Positions 11,842 through 26,753 are shown, numbered from the stretch's first letter. The stretch: 64,000 bases of DNA from Eledone cirrhosa (GCA_964016885.1 OZ024740.1:231632001-231696000), one strand, 5' to 3'. Notes: generated by a model not told the origin, from the letters alone. Program-made: numbers and translations.

Positions 11842-14490
11842 GTTTCTTTTATTTGCCACTAGGGCATCAAAAGTGGGACAAGTACAAAGGGGGGAGTTTA
11901 CACAAAAAGGCGTCCTCAATAAGGAGGAGGCAATAACAAAATATAAAAATAAAATAAGATATAACAAAAAATAAAATTTTTAACAAAATCCTCAATAGAG
12001 AGGAGGCGCCTTGGGGGGTCGCACACACCCCCGAAAAAAGTGTGCAACCCTTTTCCTCAGGAGCACAGAGAGGGGGTGCTCCCTCGTTCCTTCCTCTTTT
12101 CCACCTACAGGCTTATGTAAAGAGAAGGCCCATTCACACGGGCCATTCTCGCCACTTTCACCCACCTTTCATAAAAACGACTGGGGTGCAGCACCTCTCT
12201 CTCCATCCTGATCCTTCTTCCGAAATGATATCGGAAGAAACGGACCAGTTGTTGGCCAGAGAGAAAGGTGCCTGACCTCAGTCCTTTCAGACGCGTCCAC
12301 CATACAACCTCTTTCGCCATGGCTATTACGCACAGAAACACCGCCTCTGCTTCATCTTTGAAGGGGGGAGGCGGCTTGATCATTACAATAGACTCGGTGG
12401 TCAACCGGATCGGTCCCACCCTTGACAGCAGTTGTTCGACATAGCCCCACAGATCGGCTACGCCCGAGCAGTGTACCAATGCGTGTGCAACGGTTTCCTC
12501 GTCGCACACGCATCTGGGACAGATCTTTTTGGCGGGGTCCCTACCCGGGCGCCCGTGTCTGTAGAGCCTTTCTCGAACGGGTAAAGCCCCTCGGTAGCAC
12601 TGCCAGGCCAGGGACTTCTGGAAGTTGTCCATAGGTCCCGGGCTGAATGTCCTACCGAACAGGCTGGCCAGTTCGTCCTCCTCCATGTCTAGGGCTTCTC
12701 CGAGGGCGTCGTCGCACCTGCTGCGTACCAGCCCTCTATAGAATGTTGCGGTGGAGTCTCCACTGATAACCGGATCCGCCTGCCAGAGGGCGGTGAGCGC
12801 CTGGGCACACTCAGTGTGCCAGGCGCCCAGTTTTCTCGGTCTTTGCTTGACCCAGGATTGCAGCTCGGTGAGTGAGACGAGTCTGGGAAAGGTTCGTCTC
12901 ACAAACGAGGCCCACACCGGTTGTCCGGTGAGGAATACGTAGAGGTGCCGTAGCCTTAATGCGTGCTTACGCATCATTAGCCACGGCATCCCCAGCCCTC
13001 CTTTCGAAGGGTGTTGACAGCAGATGGATCTCCTCACCATAGGAGCCCGCCTCTTCCAAAGGAATTGGAAGAGCGCGCGCTCCATCTTGGTGAGGGTTTC
13101 CCTTGGGCAGGGCACTACGGTCAGGCGGTAGTAGATGACGGACGCTATATAAGTGTTCGCCACCTCCGCCCGACCTTTCAGGGATAGTTTGCAACTGGCC
13201 CACTTCTGGGTCAGTGCAAACACCCTGTTCGTAACCTCCGCCCAGTTTTTCTCCACCTGGAGGTCCGGTCCGAACCAGACCCCGAGCAACTTCACCGGGC
13301 CCTCCGTCCAGCGTCCGACGACGCCATCAGAGGGCATCGGTCTGCCCCTCCACGTGCCGAGTTGCAAACCGATCGACTTGTCCCGGTTCAGCTTAGCCCC
13401 TGTGAACTTTTCGTACTCCTCCAGTAAGGTGCCGACCGCCTCGATTTCGGAGGCCGTCGACACCATTACTGTCACATCATCGGCGTAGGCTGACACCGCT
13501 TTCCGCAATCCCGGTTCCAAAGGGATGCCCTGCAACAACTCCAACTTCCGCAGTAGTGGCTCGAGAGTCAACACATACAGAAGGGAGGAGAGAGGGCACC
13601 CTTGTCGGATGGACCGCGCGATTTTGAACGGCTCCGAGAGGTAGCCGTTCACCTTGACCCTAGAGCAGATGCGGCTGCTGTGCATAGCAGTGATCCAGCC
13701 CCTGAAAACGGGTCCGAAGCCTGCCGCCGCTAGCACCGCATCCAGGTAACCATGGTCGACCCTATCCAACGCCTTAGATTGACCCAAGTTGATCAGAGCC
13801 CCACCAAAGCCGGGTTCGTTCCCAACCCTCTCTATGATGTATCGCATGAGGTGGAGGTTGTCATGGATGGACCTGGACGGGATAGCGCATGTCTGCGCAT
13901 CTCCCACCAGGTTGCCCACGACAAGCGCCAACCTCTTTGCTAGCACCTTGGCCAAAATCTGTAACTCTGTATTTAGCAGAGTTATGGGCCTGAAGTTACT
14001 TATTTCGTCCCCCTTGTTCTCGCCCTTCCTCACTAGCGTGACTACGCCCTTGGTCACAGTACAGGGAATTCTCCCGTTCTGTTGCCAGTTGCAGTAGACC
14101 GCCTCGAGGAGATCGGGGAACAAGTCCGGCATAGCTAGATATAATTCGTAAGGAAGACCATCGAGACCCGGGGATTTGCGTTTGCCGCATTGGCTCAGCA
14201 CGTCCTCTATCTCAGCGGCCTAAATCGGCTCCTCGCAGGACTTCGCCTCCCTGTCGGAGAGGCGCGGCAGGCCGTCGAGGTATGGACCGAAGTCCACGTT
14301 CCCAACCGGCTCCCCGCCCCTCCCGAACAGTCGGGCAAAGTGCCTTTGAAAGGCCTCACACATCTGCTTAGGCTCAAGAATCGCCCGTCCATCCAGGTCT
14401 CGCAAAGACCGGATGGTGGATTTAGTTCCACTGTTGGCCTCTGTCACGCGGGCCCAGCTAACAGCTTTGGCCCCCTCGTTCCCTAGAGCA
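11842..14490 (-). mobile_element. 5'-truncated L1-clade Tx1-like non-LTR retrotransposon (RT + zf-RVT, 3' UTR)
   Basis: ORF 12105-14201 has KSPGLDGL, NFRPITLLN, IRQGCPLS, AYADDV, P(S)KGGLG and the C-terminal CPRC-x8-H-x4-C knuckle. One in-frame TAG at 14220 separates the upstream linker, and the endonuclease is absent. Both ends abut (ATAG)n. Confidence 0.93.
12105..14201 (-). pseudogene. Tx1-type ORF2 reverse transcriptase fragment (698 aa open)
   Basis: Non-LTR RT motifs as above; N-terminally truncated, with an upstream stop. Confidence 0.9.
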
Positions 14491-14516
14491 AGATAGATAG
14501 ATAGATAGATAGATAT

Positions 14517-15773
14517 GTTTCTTTATTAGCCACAGGGGCACAAAAGAAAGGGACAAATACAAAGGGGGAAGATAGATAGATATGTTCCTTTATTAGCCAC
14601 AGGGGCACAAAAGAAGGGGACAAATACAAAGGGGGAAGTTTACATACAATAAAAACGTGTAAGATGTTATCACAAATGCAATTTAAAAAATTAGTCGATT
14701 TTCCCCAATAGAGGGAGACAGTTTATATGGGTAACACATACCCCCGAAAAAATGTGCAAACCTCATCTCCAGGAGTACGAAGAGTTTGTAATCCTTTCCT
14801 CTCCTCCTCCTTTTCCTCAACCTACAGGCTGATATAGAGAGAAGGCCCATTCACTCGGCCATTCTCGCCACTTTCACCCACCTTTCATAAAACTTGCTGG
14901 GGTACAGCACCTCTCTCTCCATCCTGATTCTTCTTCCAAAGTGGTGTTTGAAAAAAAGAATCAGTTGTTGGCCGGAGATAAAGGTATCTGACCTCAGCCT
15001 TTTCAACCTTGTCCACCATACAACCTCTTTTGCCATAGCTATCGCACAAAGGAAAACCGCCTCTCCTTCGTTTTTGAAGGAGGGTGGCGGTTTGATCATG
15101 ACAATGGACTCGGTGGTCAACCGGATTGGTCCCACCCGCGACAATAGTCGTTCTACATAGCCCCACAAGTCAGTGACGCCCGGGCAGTGTATGAATGCGT
15201 GCGCGACGGTTTCTTCGTCTCGCACGGACCTCGGGCAGATCTTTTTTGCAGGGTCCCTTCCCGGGCGCCCATGTCTGTAGAGCTTGTCTCGAGCTGGTAG
15301 AGATCCTCGGTAGCACTGCCAGGCCAGGGACTTTTGGAAGTTGTCCATCGGTCCCGAGCGGAAGGTCCTACCGAACAGACTGGCCAGTTCGTCTTCCTCT
15401 ACGCCTAGAGTTTCACCGAGCGCGTCGTCGCACTTGCTGCGGATCAACCCTCTATAGAATGATGAAGTGGAGTCTCCACTGATCGCCGGGTCCGCCTGCT
15501 AGAGGGCTGTGAGCGCCTGAGAACATTCGATGTGCCAGTCGCCCACTTTCCTCGGTCTTTGCTTGACCCAGGACTGCAGCTCGGTCAGCGTGACGAGTCG
15601 TGGGAAGGCTCGCCTCACGAACGGGGCCCACACCGGTTGTCCCGTGAGGAATAAGTAGAGATGCCGCAGCCTGAGCGCGTGTTTGCGCATCGTCAACCAC
15701 GGCATCCCCAGCCCTCCGTTAGAAGGGTGTTGGCAGCAGTTGGATCTTCTCACCAAAGGAGCCCGCCTCTTCC

Positions 15774-15808
<35 letters not shown>

Positions 15809-16256
15809 TATTTCTTTATTTGCCACAACGGCGCACAAGAAAAGGGGACAAAACAAAGATACATGCCGGGGATTTTACATACAATCGTGTACAAATATTG
15901 AAACAAAAAATTAAACAATCGAAACCCCCAATAGGGGGGAGGCGCCACAAATGCATTGTTTAATACCCCATCGATAGAACAACCCTCAACTTCAGGAGCG
16001 TGTTATGCAAGTGCTCCCTTCTTCCTTTTGCTCTCTTCCTCAACTTACAGGTTTATATACAGAGAAGGCCCAATCACTCGGGCCATCTTTGCTACATTCA
16101 CCCACCTTTCAGTAAATTTACTGGGGTGCAGTGCCTCTCTCTCCACTCTGATTCTCCTTCTAAAGATATGTTTCTTTATTAGCCACAGGGGCACAAAAGA
16201 AGGGAACAAATACAAAGGGGTAATTTTAGATACAATAAAAACGTGTAAAATATTAT
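14517..16256 (-). mobile_element. Four stacked Tx1 3' fragments (14517-14570, 14584-15776, 15811-16164, 16170-16256)
   Basis: Each starts on the + strand with tttctttatt(a/t)gccac directly after a GATA unit. ORFs 14851-15447 and 15499-15948 match the long copy's C-terminus. Confidence 0.9.
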
Positions 16257-16337
16257 AGTTAGATAGATAGATATATTATATTTCGTGTATACGTAGCCGA
16301 TTTCTCACACTTTTACAAAGTGCTGATGACAAAAATC

Positions 16338-16612
16338 AATATAAAGGTCGGTTTGCTCATGCGTGAAGATGCTATAACATAGCTTATAAAATAGGGTGAA
16401 GACCCTTAAAACCAGAAAAAGAAGTCATCATCGACCGTTACAACGAATCGAACCCCGTATCTCTCAGTATTTGGGACATAAGGAGGTGGATTCTTCGTTG
16501 GTTGCAGACGATGACAACGTAATTTTCCGTCATTAAGTGTCTTATCCCAATTTTATAAGCTAATTTATAGATCTCTGCATATGAGCACATCACACTTCAT
16601 ATATTATACAAT
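16338..16612. repeat. Diverged fold-back element
   Basis: tgctcat..tagcttataaaataggg..aagacccttaa / ttaagtgtctta.cccaattttataagcta..atgagca. Confidence 0.65.
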
Positions 16613-16859
16613 TTATTTATGTTTATACACAGAATAAAAAGCGGTACCTAAGGTTTCAAGTTCCAGTTCACAGATTGTGCACGGTGATAGAAAATACATA
16701 GTGGAATGATCAAATTCGTGACCTCGGCATCAGATGCTGGGACGAGTTTGAAGATATCGTTAGATGCTTGTTCTGTGTATGAACATGAGTAAATAGCTCT
16801 CACATTTGATCGAGGACCGTTTTCTTTTTTTTAAATTTTCACTGATATTTTACCACACG

Positions 16860-17004
<145 letters not shown>

Positions 17005-17029
17005 TATACATACTTACATATGCACATCT

Positions 17030-17330
17030 ATGGACCTTTGTTGAAGAGTTTGCAGATCCAGTATCCAAGATACACCTTCAGCTTCATACCCATCATTATT
17101 GGAGCTACAGGTTATATACCAGCCCGCTTGGACCAAAGTATAACTGAACTTGGATTTGTAAAGCGCAGTTCCTTATTTACAGACTACAGATGGCTGTGAT
17201 AGCTGGCACCTTCAAAACTTGCAAAACATTCTTGCGATTCAAGGGATGACATTTTTTTCTTTTACAACCTTGCCACCAGGAAGTTGGTCAGTCAAAATGT
17301 ACTCGAAATTAAGAGAAAAAGAAAAACATA
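17030..17330 (+). mobile_element. Dong/R4-like LINE 3' end (restriction-like endonuclease tail + 3' UTR)
   Basis: [24 protein letters not shown]...[22 protein letters not shown] shorter copy of the same 3' end lies at 3732-3890. Confidence 0.7.
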
Positions 17331-17452
17331 CATACATGTATGTGAGGTAACTGTGTGTGTACGTGTGTTCGAATGCCTTTGAATATATGAATATATTTAA
17401 GGTTGTAGACATCAGCAATAAAACAGATAAAATGGTGCTTTGAACAAACATA

Positions 17453-17550
17453 CCCCATAGTGTTTATTCCTCCAGTGTGCACATATGCCCACCACCCTTG
17501 TCAGTCTCGCCAACGTAAATGCACCAAATCAGTGACTGGCTGTTGGAAAC
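17453..17550 (-). other. Candidate non-coding or terminal exon
   Basis: Acceptor gttcttggttacag and donor ggg|gtatgt in unique sequence; stops in all three frames. Confidence 0.25.
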
Positions 17551-17949
17551 CTGTAACCAAGAACGCTGTTTTTGACAAAATGCCACATAACATAAATATA
17601 CATAAACATTTCTGCAGCTTTCTCTGTTTGTGATTGTGTGCTTGGTGTGTGATTATATACGTTTATTTGATAATGCATATATATGGGAGGACATGTATAC
17701 GCACGTAGAAATACTTATGTCAGACCTGCCAACCTCTAAAACGGGGAGTACCATGACAAAAAGTGCCCCAAAACGGGGAGAAATGAGGCAAATTGTGGAG
17801 ATTTTACATAATGAAAGCTATACCCATTTTCACAAAAGAAGACATCTGTCACCTATCCTAAAGTGGGTAGATTTCCACGTCGAACGGAGAGAGCTGACAG
17901 GTCTTGCCCGTATGTATGTAAAGATGGATATCCATGCAAATGTATGTTT

Positions 17950-18044
<95 letters not shown>

Positions 18045-18498
18045 AAAACAAAAAAAAAACACATATATAATAGTGTTTTGTTTGAATCTACCACAAGATG
18101 ATTGTTTAAATATCATAATGATTTGGGGGCTTTACCTTGAGGTTTTTTTTTAAAGATCCTTATATTTCGAGTTAAAATCCTCTCATCAAAGGAATAATAG
18201 AAGAAACTACTTCGGAGTTCTATATTTGTTGTGACTCTTAAGATTCCATTTCAAAATATATCAGTTAAAGGGGTTTATAGTAAAAACATATTTAATTGAT
18301 ATAAATCCCTTGATTATATCATTCTATAAAAAGTTGCTTGAATTCTCGATTTTCCTTCACCTTCTCCCTCATGTCATTCCGGCTATCATCATATTTCATT
18401 TTGCATTCATTTAAATCAATTACAATAATCAATAACTTCCTTCTATATTTTCGTTAATCCATGCAAAAAAATAATTGCACTAAATTACGATGACTTTG

Positions 18499-18561
<63 letters not shown>

Positions 18562-18565
18562 CATC

Positions 18566-18800
18566 AGCCTGTAGGTGGAAAAGAGGAAGGAACGAGGGAG
18601 CACCCTCTCTCTGTGCTCCTGAGGAGAAGGGGTTGCACACTTTTTTCGGGGGTGTGTGCGACCCCCAAACGCCCCCTCCCTATTGAGGACTTTATTGTTA
18701 ATTTTATATTTGTTATTTGTTTTCTTTACTCGCCTTTTTGTGTAAACTCCCCCCTTGTATTTGTCCCCTTCTTTTGCGCCATAGTGGCAATAAATAGAAA
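18566..18800 (+). mobile_element. Tx1 3' UTR fragment in the opposite orientation, inside (TCTA)n
   Basis: Reverse complement of 11842-12112 (gcctgtaggtggaaaagagg...gtggcaataaatagaaa), flanked on both sides by (TCTA)n. Confidence 0.88.
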
Positions 18801-18964
18801 TCTATCTATCTATCTATCTATCTGTCTATCTATCTATCTATCTATCTATCTATCGATATATCTATCTATCGATATATCTATCTATCTATCGATATATCTA
18901 TCTATCTGTACATACATACATAGGGAGATAGCTGCTGCTCGACCACTGGCCCTTGTCATTGGAT

Positions 18965-19034
<70 letters not shown>

Positions 19035-19087
19035 AGGGACGAAGATATTAAGTTACCATTTTCCAAAGAAATCTAGCACGTGTTTCA

Positions 19088-19146
<59 letters not shown>

Positions 19147-19245
19147 TGTATATATATATATGAAGGTAAAAGAAAAAAGAACACAATCGGTACAGTATAT
19201 GGAAGGAATATTATTAGGTTAACGCTTATACATGCATACATACAA

Positions 19246-19326
<81 letters not shown>

Positions 19327-19449
19327 TATATACACAACACATATCTATATACACATACAAATATGCGTGCATATATACATATGTGAAACAGACTGGCATC
19401 ATGTATGTGTCTATGTGTGTGTATATATATATATATGTGTAAACGATGT

Positions 19450-19640
19450 AAGTGGCCGCCATATTTGTAATATTTTAGCCAGTGTTATGGGCCTCACCCC
19501 CCCCTCCTTTACCCAATGAATACGACACTACCTTTTGTGTGAAACAAAGACTGACGTCATCAACGTAGCTATCGATATTTAATCAGATAACGTTGCCATA
19601 GCAATATATCAGTTCGGATGATGCGTCGGTCACACACGTC
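19450..19640. promoter_or_regulatory. Promoter-like motif cluster: YY1-like AAATATGGCGGCC (minus), CCAAT, full CRE, RFX X-box
   Basis: ggccgccatattt 19454-19466, ccaat 19513-19517, TGACGTCA 19552-19559 and GTTGCCATAGCAAT 19592-19605, all in unique CpG-containing sequence. Confidence 0.5.
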
Positions 19641-19744
19641 TGCCATTTCCATATAAATAAATACACATTAACAAAAGCAAACTTCCCCTTCTACTCCAGC
19701 TAGTTTCCAATCATCTGTCTTTTAATCTCTCTCTCTCTCTCTGT

Positions 19745-19785
<41 letters not shown>

Positions 19786-19856
19786 CGGGGGGTGGGGGTA
19801 CAGATACACTCATTCAGAGAAAAACACACTCACTTTCTTTTTCAATCTCTTCTCGG

Positions 19857-20010
<154 letters not shown>

Positions 20011-21106
20011 TATATAATTCGTTTCCCTATTTCCCCCTTTTTTCCTCGATTTGTGGATGCAATCTCTTTCTTTCTTTCTTTCTTTCTTTCTCTCTATTTC
20101 CTCCACCTCCTCCTTTTCCTGCACCCCCTCCTCCTCCTCCTCCTCCTCCTCCTCCTACTACTACTACTACTACTACTACTACTAGTACTACTACTACTAC
20201 TACTACTACTAAGCCAGCGATTATATTGATTTCTGTTCTTGACCGGTACTTTGTTTTATCGAACCCGGAAGGATGAAAAGTTGATTTCGAACTCAGGACG
20301 TAAACAAATACTGGAATACTTTTGTTTGACACTTTAACGATTCTTACAATCCATAGTACGAGTAATAATTGTACGAGTAATAATTGTTTCAACTTTAGGC
20401 ACAAGTCCAACAATGTGAAGGGAAGAGAAAAGTTGATTAAATCCACCCCAGTGCATTGCAGGTACTGTATTTTATCGACCGACTTCGGTGGGATTGGAAT
20501 TCAGAACGTTAAGGACCGCAACTATATGCCGCAAAGCATGTTGTCTGACTATCTACCTATACTGCCAATCTTGCACCCTAAATATAACCATAATAATTGT
20601 TTCTACTTTTGGCACAAGGCCAGCAATTACCCCAGTGCATTACTGGTACTTTATTTTATCGACCCCGTAAGGATGAAAAGCAAAGTTAACCTCGGCGGGA
20701 TTTGAACTCAGACCGTAAAAGAACGTAACTCTATGCTGAAAAGCATGGCGTCCGATCCGAGATTGGGGACAATCAGAGGCAAAATAAAATAAACAACACA
20801 GAATAAAAGAAAGGAGAAATCAACCAAAGGAAAACAGTAGTTTGAACAATAATTGTTTCTACTTTTGGCACGAGGCCAGCAATTATCCCAGTGTATTACT
20901 GGTACTTTATTTTATCGACCACGTGAGGATGAAAGTTAACCTCGGCGGGATTTGAACTCAGACCATAAAGGGCCGTAACTCTTTGCTACAAATCATGGCA
21001 AAGTAGCTATAACGATACTACCAATTGCAATAAATAAGCGTGATAACGCTTCAAAACAATAACTAGCAACAGTTATGCATTTGCATAACCAGCAACGAAT
21101 GCTTAC

Positions 21107-21364
21107 ATCACCTCCACCGTGATTTACCGTCTTACCGTCTGTCCTTGTTGCAGTAATCATCTGATCAGATTGGAGTGTCTGCTCTTCCACTTCTTGTGAA
21201 ACGGCTGTGTCCCACACGTCAGACGGCATAACGTTGCCGTTTGTAAGACGCTCTTTTCCGCAGCTTATTTCTCTGACGGAGATGTAATTATGTGTGAAGA
21301 AAATATCAAGACAGGGCACTATTTCTAGCAGGTCGAGAAATCTCATAGCGTCTCGCTCACTGGT
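21107..21364 (-). other. Candidate exon (258 nt), product unknown
   Basis: Unique non-repeat sequence bounded by acceptor cctttacatttcag and donor gtaagc. One frame is open (TSERDAMRFLDLLEIVP...VNHGGGD) but no domain is recognisable. Confidence 0.4.
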
Positions 21365-21819
21365 CTGAAATGTAAAGGTTGTTGATGTTGTTTAGCACCA
21401 CATCTACTATGATTTAACAGAATTCTAATCAAAGGTGTCCTATCTATGATCACCATCTCTTTTTATCACGTATAGAACTACAATATCCAAAATTCTGCCT
21501 TGTCTAAGACAACTGGTTTTGATGTAATGATCTTTTAGCTGCTATTTCTAGCAGAGAAATTGACCATATAAAAAGTTTCTAGTTGACAAAAAATACAAAT
21601 GTCTATTGGTAGAGGCTACAAGGATGCAGCACAGAAATACGTGATACTCGTTGTTATAGAAAGGGTGGGTTGGAGATATAAAAGCAAATAGTTTTAAAAT
21701 AACCACTTTATAAGGGTCAATATTCGACCCCTGAAACTCCACTATTCAGGTGTGACACCAAAAATGACTGCGCAGGGGTGAGTGGGGTATTCGTAGACCC
21801 CCGGCTGTTAGAATGTGCT

Positions 21820-24060
21820 ATGGACTGGATCTCATTAGAAGGGTGATTTTCTTCTTGAAGCTTAGGCTGAAAGATATGCCTCTGTGCGTGGTGCAAGTTT
21901 AAGCACCAAGCAAGGAGTCCGAATACAAATCCTTCCTTGATGAAACCACTGCAGCATTAGATGTAGTTAAGACGAGTCATATATCCTAATAGGAGACTTC
22001 AATGCACATGTTGGCACGGACGACCTGACATGGAAAGGATTGATTGGATGGTACGGTGACCCCGATTTAAATAAGAATGGAGAGGCCTTGCTAGACTTCT
22101 ATTCTAGCAATGGACTATCTATTATGAACACCTTCTTCAAGCGCAAAGACATCCATACATATATAGTGTATAAGGGGAATCAGGGACAGAGAACAATAAT
22201 TGATTTTGTTATTGTCTCCAATCTCTTCGCATCTGTGTTGGATGTTTGTGTTAAGAGAAGGGCTGAGCAGTCAACCGATCACCATCTAGTTATCCGCAAC
22301 TTCAGACTACCTAAAGCCAAATCAACCCACAGAATTGGCAGGTCCAGCGCGACCTACAGGATAAAGTGGAAAGTGTTGATGAATAAGGAAGTCAGGACCA
22401 GGTATGTAGAGCAAACTCAGGACGTTGAGACAAAGTGGAGATTGTTCAGCAGTTTCTGTTTCTGCAGTTAAATGATGTGGGCAAAAGGTTTCGTGTGGAG
22501 CTGGATGACAGGAGGACCTCTTAGTTCAATAATGAGGTCGAAGATGCCACTCGATCAAGAAGGAGGCCTATAAAGCTTCACTTGGAAATACTTCCCCCTT
22601 CTTACACTTGCGGTACAAACATACATGAAGATTCGCAGCAGAGATAATAAAGGCATCAAAAGTGGGAGAACTTTGAGGTTAAGCTGGAATCTGACTTCAG
22701 ATCTGTTCTGGCAGACCATCTGCCGACTTCGTAATAAGATAAGAGGTCCTCCTTCACACTTGCTATCAGGAACGCGTCTGGGATTCTCCTCTCTTCAGAG
22801 AGGTGCATCCTCGTTTGGGGGCGAGAATAATTTGTTGATCTCCTAAACCCGGTCACAACAGCATTTTTGATGTACACGAGGTGCATCTGGGAGAGGTGAC
22901 TAATCTCTTAGAGGATGAGGTCACAAGAACAGTTAAAGAGATCAGATGTGGCAAGGGCGCTGCGGAAGATAAAATCCGGCCCGAGATGTTAAAAGCCTTA
23001 AATAAAGAAGGTATTTTCTGGCCGACACGTGGGTGCCTGTCGGCTTAGATCTCTGGCAATTGAGAGTGATAATTCCAATTTTCAAAAAGGGAGACAAGAG
23101 AGAGTGTTCCAATTACAGAGGGATCTCCTTGTTAAGCCTCCCTGGTGAAGTCTATGCTAAGTTTCTGGCAAAAGGTTGTAGGGAGATTGTCGAGTCCAAG
23201 CTAGTTGATGAACAGTGCGGTTTTAGCCCTGGACGGCAGGTCTTTGAGAAATTGTGGAGTATTGCCAAGAGTTGTATTCTTGTTTTGTAGACCTCGAAAA
23301 GGCATACGACGACGTTTCTCGAGGTCTGCTGTGGAAGATTCTGCAAGAGTATGGCGTCGATGGTAGGCTTCTTGTTGCATTGATGTCTCTATACGAATGC
23401 CCGAGTATTTGTGTTCAGATGAATGGTGATAAATCGAAAACATTCGATGTGGCAGTTGGTCTCCGCCAAGGGTGCGTACTGTCACCTCTCCTGTTCATTA
23501 TATTCATTTACAGGATTGGTATATGCAGCCGGATTGGAAGTTGCATCAGTCGGCTGGAATTTGCAAAACGATACGGTGTTACTTAATTCGACAGAAGGTG
23601 ATCTCCGACATGCATTTGCTAGGTTTGGTGCTGAGTGCTGCATGGCTGGAATAAAAATCAGTGCTGCGAAAACTGAGACACTCATCTTCTTAAGGAAACC
23701 TGCGCAGCGCATCTACATATGAATGGAGTTCCACTGAAGCAGATGGAGAGGTTCCAGTATATTGGGACCATGTTCATGATGATACAATGTAGGAGGCTGA
23801 ATTAAGTGCCAGAATTACAGGAGCTGGTGCAGTAATGCAGCAGCTGCAGCATCCGGTAGTCAGTAGAAGGAAGATATCTGTAAAAGCCAAACTCGCTATC
23901 TTCAATTCATTCGGTATTGGTGCCAACCCTTACCTATTGTCATAAATCTTGGGTAATGACCGAAAGAATACGATCGCAAATACAAGCAGCCGAAATGGGG
24001 TTCTTCCGAAGGGTTTTCGGAGTAACGTTATTCATAGAATGCGTTGTTTGGAGATCAGAT
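21820..24060 (+). mobile_element. Degenerate RTE-clade LINE (APE endonuclease + RT)
   Basis: GDFNAHVG, NKNGEALLDF..SNGLSIMNTFF, STDHHLV, IPIFKKGDKRECSNYRGISLLS, FVDLEKAYD, GLRQGCVLSPLLF and LVPTLTYCH.SW, with many frameshifts. Confidence 0.9.
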
Positions 24061-25974
24061 AGTCAAACACCTGCTGTTACACACACATATTTGCACTTAT
24101 ATAAACATGCAGTTATACAAAAACATACCTGCATCTACATACACTCTTCATAAACGCACACATATGCGTTAATACATACACTCCTATACATACACAAACC
24201 CATCTCTCCAGATACTTGCATCCACACATATAGAGATCATATGACACCGGCACACACACATACACACAATAGTCCCAACATATATATCTGCACCCACCAC
24301 AGATACACACTTATACAAAATACACACGCTCAAATACATAAATATACGTATACACATATACAACTGGGTACATATAAACACACATGACCACACAGTTATA
24401 TGCTGTGGAATTACTGTATATATTCGAATATAATCTCCATCCTCTCCGCCGGGGCTGTGTGTGTGTGTGGGGGGGGCACCGCGTAACATTCCATATTTAG
24501 GTATCCTGTATTTAATTATATACTCATACATATAAATGTATGCATATGCACATACACACACGTACATACACATACGCATCACCGTGTTGAAAGAAATCCT
24601 AATCTCTTCATCATTCTCTTTCACTCTCTCTCTCTCTATATATATATCTCTATATATAGTACTCAAAGGGGTTCTTTCTTCAAACACCACCAATATTTAG
24701 TCCTCCACGAAACATCTATAGCTGAGACCAACGTAATTCTAATCCGAGGGATATGTGACCATAAATTCGATGGTAAAATTGTTGGCGTGGGATCTGCTTA
24801 TATATGTCATCTAAACATTGTTGATTTGCTGCCTCGGCTTATGGTTTAGATATTTGCCTATTTATCAAGCATAAAATAGGGGTACGGCTTATATTCGTAT
24901 CGACTTATATTCGAATATATACGGTATATGAAATACTCAAATTTACGGTATGGCATGAAAGTCAATATGGTAATTATGATTATAATGAGGAAACTGGAAG
25001 AATGAAGAATGATTCTACCAATGGACCACTCTGAAAAAAGTATTGATTTGTTTAACTCTAATTTATTCTGCTATAAATAATTATTTTTATGACATTGATT
25101 TCAAATAACAGTACAAGTTCACCTAATTTAATGGAAAGGGTAAAACTGATTTCATCGAACTGAATGTTATTGAGAAAACTTTCCCTTGAAAAGATATTGA
25201 ATAATGTTTGTCCGAAATAAATTTTGATTGAGAAAAAATCGAGATAGTCACGGTTGAAATGCCTCTGATCATATGTCTGCTCAATCAAGGTAAGTGATGG
25301 TGAGGTACCCGTACCTCACCATCACTACCTACTAATTTTATTGAAAGGAATTTCTATCATCGATACGTATAGATCAGCGGGATTCACAGTAGTTCAATGT
25401 CTACTGAAAGTTGTCGCTGTTAACATCAAGACTTTTAGCCATCAGCAAGTATTAAAAAAATGGAAAAAGTTAGAAGCCAAGAACGGCTAAAATTGTTTGC
25501 TGTATTTTCTTCGTTTATTTTTTACGTTCTGAGTTCAAATACTGTCGATGTTAACTTGTATTTCATTCTTCCGGATTTATTAAAATATAGCACCAGTCAT
25601 GTCCTAGGAGTGATTAATTGACTTTCTCCAGTCCTCAATTTATTGGCCTTGTATTTAAATCAGACAGCGGATTGGCAGTATCGGTACAGGGTCGGACGCC
25701 ATGCTTTGTAACATAGAGTTACGCCCCTTTACGGTCTGAGTTCAAATCCCGCTGGGGTTAACTTTGCATTTCATCCTTACGGGGTCGATAAAATAAAGCA
25801 CCAGTAATGCACTGGGGTAATTGCATAAAAGTAGAAACAATTATTAAAATGAATGTTAATATTTCTAAAGAATAATCTATGTAGCAAACATTTCAAATGA
25901 TCTTGAATATTTAAGGAAATCGAAGACATAATCTATCGATAAAATGATTCAGCTACAGTAATCTATGTTTCAGT

Positions 25975-26240
25975 GGAGGCACGTGGCCTAGTGGTAAGGG
26001 TGTTGGATTTACGATCATAATGTCGTGGGTTCGATTTCTGGGTTGCGTGTTGTGTTCTTGAGCAAAACACTTCATTTCACATTGCTCCAGCATACTCAGC
26101 TGAAAATAAGTAGCATCAATAGCTGGGGGTTTAACCCTGTGATGGACTGGCGCCCTGTCTAGGGGGGGAGTCTTGTACTCTCAGTCGCTTCACGCCATGA
26201 AACTGGGATAAGCACTGGTCAAATGAGCCTTCTGGCTTAA
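25975..26240 (+). mobile_element. tRNA-headed SINE family B; related copies at about 165-446 (-), 31905-32130 (-), 49897-50240 (+) and 63468-63688 (+)
   Basis: A box tggcctagtggt, B box ggttcgattt/agttcgattc, shared body gtgtccttgagcaagacactttatttcacgttgctcc, and differing 3' tails. Confidence 0.85.
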
Positions 26241-26753
26241 GACAGACTTTAGACTCAGAATCTGTTTCACACTTAACATAAAAAGGCATGCAAGTGTAGC
26301 GTTATGGTGGTATGGATGGTTGTTAGCTGAGATGTTATAGTAATGTTGATATTAGTGGCAGTAGCGGTGATGGTGGTATTGATGATGATAAAAATGATGG
26401 TCGTGATCGTGATTATGACGTTGCTTACGGGAGTTGGCGAAGAGGATGATGGTAGAGATGATGATGCTAGAAGTAATAGTGGTTGAGGTGCAAGAAGCAT
26501 ATACAATGCATGAGTGCAACGGTGTAGGGAGGTGCTCCGTAAATGCATTGTTAATTTGTGTGTATGTGTGCATATCTGTGTGTATGCATATGTGTGTGTA
26601 TGCATGTATGTATATGTGTGCATGTGCAAGTGCAGAAGACAGTAAAACCCACAAGAAAGTTATCTGTGTCCGAGGAAACATCGAGGGTGTTCGGGTGGAT
26701 GGGTGTAGAAAATACAGTGAGTGATAGTTATAGTTGCTATAGTGATAGTATAC

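Noticed and set aside
24420-24640. Peptides KENDEEIRISF and GEDGDYI reminiscent of calmodulin EF-hand 3
   Set aside because: They are embedded in low-complexity repeat, lack usable splice sites, and are separated by unrelated sequence.
25975-26045. tRNA genes at the SINE heads (also 32060-32130, 49897, 55240 and 63468)
   Set aside because: A and B boxes are present but no complete cloverleaf forms, and most run directly into a SINE body.
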